Shown here in pieces: positions 12,716-25,369 of a DNA stretch of 64,000 nucleotides (the stretch's first letter is position 1; each line of letters begins with the position of its first letter). Source of the DNA: Octopus vulgaris (lineage: Eukaryota); the NCBI GenBank assembly GCA_951406725.2, contig OX597818.1, forward strand, positions 35,960,001-36,024,000. Reading direction: 5' to 3'. The notes under the pieces were generated by a model, which was given only the letters and a program-made list of their open reading frames with translations, searched no databases and was not told the origin of the DNA. A program made the position numbers and the translations under genes.

Positions 12716-13369
12716 AGAATCGGCTGATAGTTTCGAAAACATTGAAGAAAGCCCAAACAAAACAACCGAAAAAGTCAACGAACAGCATGGGGGAGGGGGT
12801 GTTTTCAAATGAAGAGATGGTGTCGTCTGCTGTGGAAGACTCCCTTTTCTATTACGGTAACCTATCTCACGTGAGATAGAATCCTTCTCCTTGAATAAAC
12901 TGAAGTTCTCAAAAATGAAATAGGGGGGTTACTTAATGAGGAATGTAGGGGGTCTTGATTAAGGCAGGTGGTGTTTTCTGACCAATGTGAACACTTAATT
13001 ATACAAAACTAAATCTAGATTTAATTAGTATGTGTTACATACATACATACAAAATTACCCTGTCGTTCATGTTGAAATTCCAATGAAGGAGCTTTGAATC
13101 TAGGTTAGAAACCGATTCTTTCTCTATTGGCAAGAAATCTTGAAATAAACTGAATAATGATATGCATATATACAGACATAAATGTGAGTGTATGTACATA
13201 TTTTTTTTTTTATATATGTATATAAGCATTAATAGACAGACAGACAGACAGGCAGATAGCTAGGTAGATGGATAGATATAGTCAATTCAAATAACCAAAC
13301 AGTTCAAATGAACGAATAAAAACAAGGAAAAATGAAAAAGAAACGAACTTGAGGATGTGCACAAGAAAA

Positions 13370-13520
13370 GCGTGGCTTTGTGGTAAGTAACTTTCTTCCC
13401 AGTCACAGGGTTTCAAGTTCAGTCCCACTGCGTGGCACCTTAGGGCAAGTGTCTTCTACTATAGCCTCGGGCCAGCCAAAGCCTAGTGAGTGGATTTGGT
13501 AGACGGAAACTGAAAGAAAA
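13370..13520 (+). mobile_element. SINE family B left half, interrupted by a PLE insertion; resumes at 14249 (AAGAAGCCCGTCG)
   Basis: Family B sequence breaks at GGAAACTGAAAGAA and continues after the insert. Confidence 0.8.
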
Positions 13521-13521
13521 C

Positions 13522-14246
13522 CAGTTTTATATTTAAGAGGTGAGGAATTATGTACATTATTTACATTATTTACATTTGACGGATATTTGTCCTCATCTTG
13601 TTTGTTTCTTCAGAACTTTCTAGATGTCCGCTACTTACATTAATTACCGCTTTCATAGGTGAGTAACGGACTTCAGTCTTCATTCTCTGACCTTTGAGCT
13701 TCATAAACTCCTTAATCTGGCGTGTCTTCACCATTTCAAATTCTTTCATGTACGACTTTTCTCGATCTTGTTGGATTCTGTTCCTATTATCATCTCTGGT
13801 TATTTTCCTAAGTAATGAAGATAACCTCTCTTTGATTTCGTTATTTAGTTGATGTTTTTTCCCAACGGTTGTAATGGATCCTCTAATAATACCAACACCA
13901 CCACTACCACGGACGAGGGCATGTCCTGCTCTTTCCGCTACTCTTCTAGCTTTATATGAAACCACTGGTGTCGTTATATTCAAGCCAGGTTGTATTAACT
14001 TTGAGTCTCTACATCTACACAAGAAAGTTAGACGGTTTGAAAGACGAGGTAGTTTTCGATGGAGTTTCTCTATATGTCTCCATTGAATCCTAATGTCGGC
14101 TCCGTACCAATTCGACAATACAGTTCTATATTTAAGAGATGAAGAATTAGGTACATTATCTAAATTATTTACATTTGACAGATATATATCTTCATCTTCT
14201 TTGATGAGGACAAATATCCGTCAAATATAAATAATGTAAATAATGT
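13522..14246 (-). mobile_element. Penelope-like element fragment: N-terminal ORF 13570-14118 between direct repeats (13522-13603, 14121-14202) plus an inverted partial repeat (14203-14246)
   Basis: ORF motifs TFLCRCRDSKLIQPGL and VINVSSGHL resemble PLE N-terminal regions; the direct plus inverted pseudo-LTR layout is visible in the sequence. Confidence 0.7.
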
Positions 14247-14261
14247 GTAAGAAGCCCGTCG

Positions 14262-14348
<87 letters not shown>

Positions 14349-14470
14349 GTGTGTGTATAGGGAGAGAGAAGAAGAAAATGGATATAATAACAATGGGAAA
14401 CTCGTGGTTTTCGCTGGTATGCCTTTAATTAAATAGATAACAAAGAAGAAAGAAGCAGAGATGAGGGTAG

Positions 14471-14519
14471 CATTTACGATCGTTTCGATTTACTGGTTTA
14501 CGTAAATCTCTTCAGAATG
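14471..14519 (-). ncRNA. Type I minimal hammerhead ribozyme, canonical core
   Basis: Minus strand reads CATT-CTGAAGA-GATTTAC(GTAAACCA)GTAAATC-GAAA-CGATCG-TA-AATG: stem I 4 bp, stem II 7 bp, palindromic stem III ACGATCGT, GUA cleavage triplet. Confidence 0.8.
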
Positions 14520-14911
14520 TGAATATAAATAGATGCATCGGTTAAGATGCGAAAATAATTGATACATACGTGATGGTCATGTAAACAAAGTGAGAATTCT
14601 TACATTACTTTGGATTTAATTATATATATATATAAATATAGGGATGGTATTATTAAAATACCATCATAAGTGGTAAGCGAATTATCAGCCGTACAGGCAA
14701 ATTAATAAAATATATATACACAATATTGGATATGTACATATATACACAAGGGTACTACATGAGTACCTATATCGCTAATGATAGAAGTCAAAAAAACACT
14801 TCTGTACCACCGAATAGTCACAAATCTACTACAGACAAGATAGGAAAATATACCAGTGAACAATAATAATGTCTTACCTCAAATGGATTAAGACAAGTAA
14901 ATGCTGGCCAA

Positions 14912-14970
14912 CCTGGTACCGGTTTCGAAATTTAGCGCCAAATAGACGCCTGATTTCTCACAAGCCAAAG
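14912..14970 (-). ncRNA. Hammerhead-like motif with variant or degenerate core (CUUGUGA)
   Basis: Minus strand reads CTTTGG-CTTGTGA-GAAAT...ATTTC-GAAA-CCGG-TA-CCAGG. All three stems form, but the core differs at two positions. Confidence 0.5.
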
Positions 14971-15005
14971 TCCACTAGCTAAATTACTGTATATGTATGT
15001 ATATA

Positions 15006-16619
15006 CAGTTGCGGCCAAAATGTTCAGAACGGCATTGTTTTCGTCAGAAAAGTAGGTATACGTTTTTATCAAAGTTGTTTTATATTCTATAATTTTCACA
15101 GACAATAAATAGAATATTAATTGTTATTGTCTGAGATTTTGGTGTAATTTGAGAGGATAATACAAAAGTTATGGATGATTTAGTGATTTACTGCAAAACC
15201 CATGGCGGCCAAAATGATGAGAATAGTTGCTTTTTCTCCGTGTTTTAGTATATTTAACCGGCGAACCCTAATGTTTTGAACTTACGGTTCGTTTACTAAA
15301 CATTAGTAAGAATATCTGCAGTGTACTTTGTTAATATAATGCCACTTACTCCGTTGCCAATTCGTCAGCAGATTATTAAGCTTCGAAAGAAGGATAATTT
15401 AAGTATTGGGTCTATTGCAAAGATTGTTAACAAGTCAAAAAGTGTTGTTCACGGTATTCTTAAGGTCTTCAATGATTGTGGCAGGTGTGAAGCTAGAAAG
15501 TCTACAGGTAGGCCAAGAAAAACGACCAAGAGAGAAGATCGTGCTATGGTAAAGTTGGTTAAAAAGGTTAGATTTAAAACTGCTGCTGCTGTTTCTCGGG
15601 AAATGAGCATTGTACTGAAGAAAACTTTATCTCGAAAAACTGTGTCTTGTTGTTTAGTTGAACATGACCTACAAGCAAGAGCACCTGCAGTGAAGCCAAT
15701 GATCAGCTCCAAGAATAAAAATGTCGTCTTACCTTTGAAACCGAAAATGTGTTGTAGTCTCAAGAAAAATGGCAAACGTTGCATTTCAGTGATGAATCTA
15801 AGTTTATGTTATTTGGCTCAGATGGGAAAAGGTACGTTCGTCGAAAAGTAGGTGAAAAATTGTCGCCTAAATTCCTTAAGACTTGTGTTAAATTCGGTGG
15901 AAGAAGTGTCATGGTTTGGCGGATGATATCTGGAGATGGTGTGGGCCCTTTGGTGCGATTACATGGAAAGGTAAATGCAGGAGTTTATAAACAACTTGTA
16001 AAAGATCATGTCTTGCCTATGCTGAGAAATTCAACCAAGCGACCACCCATATTCAAGCAGGACAATGCCCCATGTCTAAAGGCTAAGGTGGTCATGAACT
16101 TCCTCAAGGCTGAAAAGGTTATTGTTATGGGTTGGCCTGCTCAAAGCCCAGATCTCAATCCTATTGAAAATGTGTGGAATATTCTAGGAGAACGTCGAAA
16201 GCCAGAAATCCTAAAACAACCGAGCAATTATGGGATGCCCTTCAGGAAGAATGGAATAAGATCACCCAGCAAGAAATTGAAAATTTAATTTCCTCATGCA
16301 GACGAAAATGTCAAACTTTGATTGAAGCTAAAGGGCTTCACACTAAATATTAAATAATTCCAGTATTCTCTGTCACTTTTGATTATTTTGTTATTTTCCA
16401 ACCGTTCTGATCATTTTGGCCGCCATGGGTTTTGCAGTAAATCACTAAATCATTCATAACTTTTGTATTATCCTCTTAAATTACACCGAAATCTCAGACA
16501 ATAACAAATAATATTGTATTTATTGCCTGTGAAAATTATAGAATATAAAACAACTTTGATAAAAGCTTATACCTACTTTTCTGACGAAAACAATGCCGTT
16601 CTGAACATTTTGGCCGCAA

Positions 16620-16622
<3 letters not shown>
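15006..16622 (+). mobile_element. Tc1-family DNA transposon with about 225 bp IR/DR-type terminal inverted repeats and TA TSD
   Basis: TA|CAGTTGCGGCCAAAATGTTCAGAACGG ... CCGTTCTGAACATTTTGGCCGCAACTG|TA; an inner repeat GCGGCCAAAATGAT lies at about 15206 and is mirrored at about 16410. Confidence 0.95.
15339..16353 (+). pseudogene. Tc1 DD34E transposase with two frameshifts (about 15720 and about 16195)
   Basis: HTH region with GRPRKTT; FSDESKF; QDNAPC followed 34 aa later by E in SPDLNPIENVW; C-terminal KGLHTKY* at 16330-16353. Confidence 0.92.
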
Positions 16623-16657
<35 letters not shown>

Positions 16658-16724
16658 GCTATATTAAATGTCTGAGCGAGATATAAACAGTAGCAGTACA
16701 TAATCGTAATATATATATATGTAT

Positions 16725-16935
16725 ATGTTTGTCTCCACCCCACCATCGCTTGACAACCGATGTTGGTGTGTTTACGTCCCCGTAACTTAAGCAGTCCGGC
16801 AAAATAAACCGATAGAATGAGGACTAGGCTTACAAAGAATAAGTCTTGTAGTCGATTCGTTACACTAAAGATGGTGCTCCAGCATGGCTGCAGTCAAATG
16901 ACTGAAACAAGTAAAAGAATAAAAGAATAAAAGAA
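16725..16935 (+). mobile_element. SINE family B right half (other right halves at 21360-21552 and 24655-24870)
   Basis: CATCGCTTGACAACCGATG...CTGAAACAAGTAAAAGAAT. Confidence 0.8.
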
Positions 16936-17110
16936 TATATTACAGGAACCAGCAGAAAAGTAATGAAAATAAGGATACGAGTAAATTTCAGGCACAGCCC
17001 GGTAAGACGTTCTGGGTATAATGATAACTTCTGATGTAATATCTGTCATCTCAACCCAATCCAATTCGATATCGTATGTATATATGTATGTACGTTATAT
17101 ATAAATATAA

Positions 17111-17270
<160 letters not shown>

Positions 17271-18029
17271 TAGATAGATAAATTTATATATATATGTCTG
17301 TATGTGTGCATGCGCGTATGTATATATATATATATAAATAGAGAGAGAGAGATACAGAGAGAGAAATTTATGTATATATGTGTATATATATGCATACACA
17401 TATGTATGAGGATATATATGTATATATTCATACATTTATACACCTACATGCGCGCGCATACACTCTCCCACGCACGCACAAACACACACACACTTACGTA
17501 CGTACGCGCGCGCACAGATGTCCGAATAGCAACATCCAGGGCAGCAATAATCGAACGCAATCCAGTCGTGGCCATCTCGTATATCATCGTATATCATCAG
17601 CTAACTTATATATATATGTAGCTTTTTTTTCTCCCTGCAAACACACAGAGACACCTCATCAATGTCTCGCAGACAGCTAATTTTTGTAACACAAATGAAA
17701 TCATGCCACGACATATGGAATATCGAACATGATCAGCTGATGGCCAAATCAAACACTAAGAGACGCATAGACACAGACACATACAAACACATATACAGGC
17801 AATCCGGAAACATACGTAGATACGTACACAAAGATACAAGACAGGTACACCTACAGCGTCTCACACGCACGAACACACACATACACACACGCGCGTGCGC
17901 AGTCATATATATCTACATAAATGTGTGAGTTTGTGCAGTAACAGCTGGTAGCACCGGCTTCTTACTTACTTGCACGTCTGATGCATTATTTGCCATCACG
18001 TGAGAAGAAAGCACCCGTGATATCTGCAG

Positions 18030-18071
18030 CGTTGCTGCCGCTGCTGCAACTTGCTGCTGCTGCTACTACTG

Positions 18072-18133
<62 letters not shown>

Positions 18134-18380
18134 ACCGACACCACCACCACTACCGCCGCTGCAACACCACGATTACGACCACGACGACTACCACTTCCAG
18201 TACCACCACCACCACCACCACCACCACCACCACCACCACTAGTACAACCATCACCACAACCACCACTCCAACACTACGATCACCATCACGAATACGCCCA
18301 ATACCGTCACCACCACCACCACCACCACCACTACCACTACAACTATTACTACTACTACCACCATCACTAACATCATTTCA

Positions 18381-18464
<84 letters not shown>

Positions 18465-18465
18465 G

Positions 18466-18525
<60 letters not shown>

Positions 18526-18668
18526 TGGTATCCACTAGTGTTACTGTTTCCACAACTGGTGCTGCTGTTGGTGCTTTTTACTGCTGCTGTCTCTGCCACT
18601 GCTACATCTGATGCTACTCTCCTGCTGCGGCACAGCAGCTGCTGTTACTGCTTCTGCTGCTGCTGTTG

Positions 18669-18737
<69 letters not shown>

Positions 18738-18914
18738 TGCTGCTGCTGCTGTCGTTGCTGTATTATCGCTAAGGCTAATAACTATTGATGCTGCTGTATC
18801 TATAATCGTTATTGCTGCTGCTGTTGCTACTGCTGCCGTTGTTGTTGCTTAGTGTCAGAGCTTTTGTAGTTGCTGTCGTTGCTGCTGTTTCAACCGTTGC
18901 TGCTGCCGTTGTCC

Positions 18915-18967
<53 letters not shown>

Positions 18968-18968
18968 G

Positions 18969-19006
<38 letters not shown>

Positions 19007-19700
19007 AAGGATGATGATACTACTAATACTATTACTACTGCTGCTGCTGCTGCTGCTGCTAATGATGATGATATTACTACTGCTACTACTACTACTACTT
19101 TTATCGCCACGTTGTGTGCTACGGTTGCTGTTGTTGATATTGATGACTTAGTTACAGCTGACGCTGCTGCTGCTGATGCTGAGGTTGCTGCTGCTGCTGG
19201 TAGTGGTGGTGCTGCTGCTGATGGTGGTGCTGCTGCTGCACCTTATGCCGTTGCTTATGCTGCTGCTGTAGTCCTCCTTAGCGCTGCCGTTGTTGTCACT
19301 CTTCTGGTTACTAATGTTGCCGGCTTGACACGTTGCGATGGTGATGATCATGATGGTGACGGCGACGACGATGATAGTAGTGGTAGTGGTGGTGGTGTTG
19401 GTGGTGGTGGTGATTATGATGACGATGACAATGATGATGGTAATGGGGACGACGACGTGGGCCGTTTTGAGGACGATGGCGATAATGACGACAACGACAA
19501 CGACCACGACGACAACGACGGCCATTTTGAAGACGATGACGATTATGACGATGATGTTAATGATGATGACGAAATGATTATGATGACAAAGATGATGATG
19601 ATGACGACGACGTTGACGACGATTATGATGTTGTTGACGAGGTGGTGTTGGTGGTGGTGGGGGGGGGAGGGGGAGGAGGAGGAGGAGGAGGAGGATGTAG
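18030..19700. repeat. Compound trinucleotide microsatellites (TAC, CAC, GCT, GAT, GAC)
   Basis: Direct reading. Confidence 0.95.
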
Positions 19701-19757
19701 GTGTCAGTGTTGCCAGTTTTGAGAAGCAACAAGGATAGTGACATGAGGAAAAACAAT

Positions 19758-20153
19758 ATTCTTTTCTACTCTAGGCCAGAAATTTTTTTGGTAGTGGGGC
19801 CAGTCATTTAGATCGACCTCAGTACGCAACTGGTACTTAATTTATCAACTCCGAAAAGATGAAAGGCAAAGTCAACCTCTGCGGAATTTGAACTCAGAAC
19901 GTAGCGCCAGACGAAATACCTATTTCTTTACTACCCACAAGGGGCTAAACACAGAGGGGACAAACAAGGACAGACAAAGGGATTAAATAGATTACATCGA
20001 CGCCAGTGCGTAACTGGTACTTAATTTATCGATCCCGAAAGGATGAAAGGCAAAAACGACCTCGATGGAATTTGAACTCAGAACGTAACGGCAGACGAAA
20101 TACTGCTAAGCATTTCGTCCGGCGTGCTAACGTTTCTGCCAGCTCGCCGCCTT
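19758..20153 (-). mobile_element. SINE family A tandem dimer
   Basis: A full unit is joined through GTAAAGAAATAGGTATTTCGTC to a second, 5'-truncated unit with the alternative tail. Confidence 0.85.
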
Positions 20154-20319
20154 AGGAAAACCATAATAATGAACTAAGACTGATCAAAAATGCCTTGTAG
20201 AATGTAACTTCGCTGGTTACAGGTTGGCAACCAACAGATCGCAGTTTCATTGGATATGTGATGCCGAGGGAAACAAGGGACTTTCTGTACAACTAGGGCT
20301 GAACAAATATTGTAAGGTA

Positions 20320-20620
20320 ATTGGTACTCCATCGGTTACAAAGATGAGGGTTCCAGTCGATCCCTTCAACGGAACAGTCTGCTCATGAAATTAACGTGCA
20401 AGTGGCTGAGCACTGCGTCCCCTTAGCGGGGTCCTCAGGGAAATTCAGTGAGACAGTCTGTGACGAGGTTAGCCCTTTGAAATACAAGTACAACTCATAT
20501 TTGCCAGCTGAGTGGACTGGTGCAACGGGGTATAAAGTGTCTTGCTCAAGGACACAACGTTCTACCGGGTATCGAACTCACCAACTCATGAACGTGAACT
20601 AAATACCCTAACCGCATACC
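20320..20620 (-). mobile_element. SINE family E copy
   Basis: Antisense to 3205-3535 (CAGCTGAGTGGACTGG...GTGTCTTGCTCAAGGACAC). Confidence 0.7.
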
Positions 20621-20706
20621 TTCACATAACGCAATTTGGTTCTAAAACTAAGATGTATCGTTTTCTTATATTTTATTTTATTCTATTATTTATTATTATT
20701 ATTATA

Positions 20707-20756
<50 letters not shown>

Positions 20757-20799
20757 GTTTGCCGATGTGTACATCGTTGTGTGATAAGTCTATGATAAT

Positions 20800-20996
20800 C
20801 CTTTCTACTATAGGCACAAGGCCCGAAATTCGATTACATTGACGCCAGGGTACTCAATTGGTACTTATTTTATCGACCCCGAAAGGATGAAAGACAAAGT
20901 CGACCTCGGTGGAATTTGAACCCAGAAAGTGCAGACAGACGAAATGCTTCTAAGCATTTTGCCCGGTGTGCTAACGATTCTGCCAGCTCACCGCCA
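20800..20996 (-). mobile_element. SINE family A copy
   Basis: Family A head and body; degenerate TSD TAAGTCTATGATAAT / TGAGTTTATAATAAT. Confidence 0.8.
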
Positions 20997-21689
20997 TCGG
21001 TGAGTTTATAATAATGGATTTGCGAACCATATTGTTTCCAACTCAACTAAGAAAAAGTCGATCGAAGGTTCTTCCCCAGTCATAGACTCATAAGGAAGGT
21101 TTTACCGGATTTCGTGGGGAATATATTTTACACTGACCGGAAGGCCGGTCCGTCGCAGGATTAATCATCTTTGTCTTCTGAACGGACTGGTGCGATATGA
21201 AAAGAAGTATTTTGCTTTAAAACACAACGACTTGCCCCGTCCAGGAATCGAAACTACAATCCTATGATTATGGAGGCAAGGTCGTAACTACTAATCTACA
21301 TGCCTCTACAGCCAACTAAACTCATTAGACTAAAAAGGAAATATGAAGATTCCTTAATTGGTCCCCTCCAGCATCGCTTGACCAGCGATGTTGGTGTGTT
21401 TACGTCCCCATAACGTAGCGGTTCGGCAAAAAAATACCTATAAAATAAGTACTAGGCTTACAGTGAATAAGTACTGGGGTTGATTTGTTTGACTAAAGGC
21501 AGTGCTCCAGTATGGCCGCAGTCAAATGACAAACAAATAAAAGAATAAAAGTATACCGTAAAGTTCATACAAACATACACTCACACACGCACACGCACAC
21601 AAACGCGCACATACACCCAAACACATACCTGCACGCATATAATGTATGTATGTGTATTTATATATATATATTCAAAATGTGATTGCGTG

Positions 21690-21880
21690 TGTACCGTTGG
21701 CGAATTTTTTCCTCCGTCTTCCCTTCTTTGGATCTTTCCATTTCCTATGTTTCTGACGAAGTGTTCCGCTCGAAACGTTAAACCCTCCTTTCCTTCTTTC
21801 CTGAGCGTCCAGTAATACTATATTTGTTCCACGTCGTCGCGTTGTTGTGTTTTCTCTTTGTGTTTCCATGTTTGGATTAA
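21690..21880 (+). mobile_element. Family D1 short PLE-derived repeat with hammerhead motif
   Basis: GTTT-CTGACGA-A-GTGT(TCC)GCTC-GAAA-CG-TT-AAAC at 21749-21783 (stem II mutated); shared downstream CCTGAGCG..TAATAC block. Confidence 0.65.
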
Positions 21881-22451
21881 CTATATATATATATCTATAC
21901 ATATATATATCTAGAGAGAGAGAGAGAGATGGAGAGATAAATAGATAGGTAAGTAGTGAGTGAAAGTGAGAGAGAGAAGTACATACGGCATACATGCACG
22001 CATACGCGTACATATAAATACTAATACTTTTATTGTATAGATAATTTCGAAAATGTGAACCGAACTCAGTGGAAGAGTTAGATGTAGTAATACCCATAAC
22101 GATATGATATAGAGAAAAGTTTCGTTTAGATGTATACCGATTGTACTCAGAATAATTGTCATTTACGAATCACTGACAGTAGATGTATTTCATACAGAAA
22201 AAAAAAAAACTTTTAAGAAGCGGCCCGGCCTCAACAATAGATATGAAATATCACACATATGTTCTTATGCGGATAAATATGTACATACGCTAATCACTGT
22301 CCTGCAAGAAAATTGAAAACCGCCTCTCAGATATAAAGGCATACATTCCATATCATCTCTTTCGCACACTTCTTTTCATACCTTTGATACTGCTTGCTTA
22401 TACCAATAAAAACCAAAAAAATATTTTATAAATATATACATATGAACATAT

Positions 22452-22864
22452 GGCGCAGGAGAGGCTGTATGGTAAGTAGCTTGCTTACGAACCACATGGT
22501 TCTTGTTTCAGTCCCACTGCGTGGCACCTTGGGCAAGTATCTTCTACTATAGCCTCGGGTCGACCAAAGCCTTGTGAGTGGATTTGGTAGACGGAAACTG
22601 AAAGAAGCCTGTCGTATATATGTATATATATATATATGTGCATGTGTGTTTGTGTGTCTGTGTTTGTCCCCCCAACATCACTTGACAACTGATGCTGGTG
22701 TGTTTGCGTCCCTGTAACTTAGCAGTTCGGCAAAAGAGACCGATAGAATAAGTACTGGGCTTACAAAGAATAAGTCCTGGGGTCGATTTCCTCGACTAAA
22801 GGCGGTGCTCCAGCATGGCCACAGTTAAATGACTGAAACAAGTAAAAGAGTAAAAGAGTAAAAG
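22452..22864 (+). mobile_element. SINE family B, full length
   Basis: Colinear with the 1020 copy. Confidence 0.9.
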
Positions 22865-23600
22865 TATATATACTTATATACATACGTATATATACACATA
22901 TCCATATACATATCTATATATGTAGGTGTGTATATATCTATGTATATAATATATAGTATGTATATACATACATATATGTGTGTGTGCATTTAAATGGAGT
23001 AGATGGAAAATATACGCATGCGCCAGTACACGCACGTGCACATAAAGATATATATGAGTGTTTGCGAGTGCTCGTTAATATGTGTGGGGTGGCGGCGAAT
23101 GTAAATTCATTTCTCATTTAATTCCCGTCTTTTACAAGTATGAATTCTTGAAATTATATCCAAGTGACTTAATCTTACTTTCACTGTTCTAAGTTACCTC
23201 CCCTGATACAGTTGGACGCTATTTCATTTTAAGACCACAATACCGTCCATTTTTGGAACTTTTCTTCTGCCATGCTTGTTGCATCGTCAATTTCTCATTG
23301 ACTGACGTATTGTCTACGCATATAAGATCGCACAATTTCCTGCGTCCAACTGGCATGCGCCTATAATACTTTATTCTATCTTTAGTACAATATACACTCC
23401 ACACACCCACACCCACACACACATTTGCACACACAGACACATGCCTATTACATATATGTATATATATAGACCTGTTTTACTATTCTCGCCCTTTACCTGC
23501 TCACCATTAAGGACTTTACCACTTCCAGACTTTGTATTTCTATGCTTTCTACTTTGTCTGTCTATCTGTATGTCTGTTTGTCTGTCTGTCTGTCTCTGTC

Positions 23601-23642
<42 letters not shown>

Positions 23643-23678
23643 GAGCTTCCTGTCTCTCGCTCTCTCTCTCTCTTCTCG

Positions 23679-23728
<50 letters not shown>

Positions 23729-23759
23729 TATATATATATATATTCATATATATATATTC

Positions 23760-23794
<35 letters not shown>

Positions 23795-23802
23795 TATCCA
23801 TA

Positions 23803-23852
<50 letters not shown>

Positions 23853-23938
23853 CATATATATACATATATAGATATATAGATATATATATATATATATATG
23901 TTCATATATATACATGTATAGATAATATATAGATATAT

Positions 23939-23982
<44 letters not shown>

Positions 23983-23989
23983 TATGTAT

Positions 23990-24021
<32 letters not shown>

Positions 24022-24324
24022 GTGCGTGTGTGTGTATTATGTATGTATCTCGCTTACAATGTCTGTTTGGCGAGGTAACGGCTTTAATGGAAGCCATAAT
24101 TAATATGAGAGCTTGTGCTGATTAACTGAATACGTTGTCACGCATATCAGTTCGAAACTGACATATCAACTGATTTTAATTAATTCAGACGGTAAGTCAA
24201 AATTTGTGAGTATGAGTTCAAATATCAGTCACGACCGAGCATTCTTTATGCTACATTTTGCTACGTTCCTCAGTAGTACATCGGAGAAGATAACTTGCCA
24301 TGTACCCACACTTTTACATTCTTA

Positions 24325-24547
24325 TTTCTTTATTACCCACAAGGAGCTAAACATAGAGGGGACAAACAAGGACAGAGGAAGGGATTAAGACGATTACATC
24401 GACCCCACTGCGTAAATGGTACTTAATTTATCGACCCAGAAAGGATGTAAGGCAAAGTCGACCTCGGCGGAATTTGAACTCAGAACGTAACGGTAGACGA
24501 AATACCGCTAAACATTTTGCCCGGTTGCTAACGTATCTGCCAGCTCG
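24325..24547 (-). mobile_element. SINE family A with 19 bp flanking direct repeat
   Basis: CCACACTTTTACATTCTTA at 24306-24324 and 24548-24566. Confidence 0.9.
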
Positions 24548-25369
24548 CCACACTTTTACATTCTTAACGAACAAAATTCATCGCAGTCAAATTGATTATA
24601 ACATACCGACAGAGCTTCAACGCTCTTCTAGGCCCTTTAGAATTGCTATGTGTTTGTTGTGTGTTTGTGTCTGTGTTTGTCCCCCTAGCATTGCTTGACA
24701 ACCAATGTTGGTGTGTTTACGTCCCCGTCACTTAGCGGTTCGGCAAAAGAGACCGATAGAATAAGTACTGGGCTTACAATGAATAAGTCCCGGGGTCGAT
24801 TTGCTCGACTAAAGGTGGTGCTCCAGCATGGCCGCAGTCAAGGGACTGAAACAAGTAAAAGAGTAAGAGTATATGAACACATTATCTCTGTGGTAACCTC
24901 AAGAGAAATTCTCATTTTGTGTGATAGACAACAGATGCATTAAACGGTTTCCTAGACCATATGTTAAATTGGCCCAAACATGTAAAGATATCGATCTGTC
25001 TTGCAGAAGAGCAACAAAGTATTACAAACTTTATTTGGACAGCATGAATTTGGCAGCTGATGTATAATTCCCTGCTAGCCACTCCGGATATTACAATTTA
25101 CATTAAGCCCTTCGCTCCCTATGGAGTATAGGCCACTGTTCTCGACTGTGGGCTTTTGCCTTTTTCAGTCATCGATGCTTCTGTAACTTAGCGTTTTTCT
25201 TTTCTAGGGCCCTATGCAAACTCACTTTTACCTCTGGGAAGAGATGGGCCATATCAGTCTAACCTGTATTCTTTGAACTATCTAGCATGAAGGCAATCCC
25301 AGGAGCTTGCACTCCGCCGGCATTGCTCTCGGAGTCACCGAGTTCTGCAATATTATCTTATTTTCTTAG

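Noticed and set aside
22066-22115. Hammerhead-like GTGGAAGA-GTTA...TAAC-GATA (similar weak cases near 2280, 13080 and 17027)
   Set aside because: Too many core mismatches or missing stems to support by eye.
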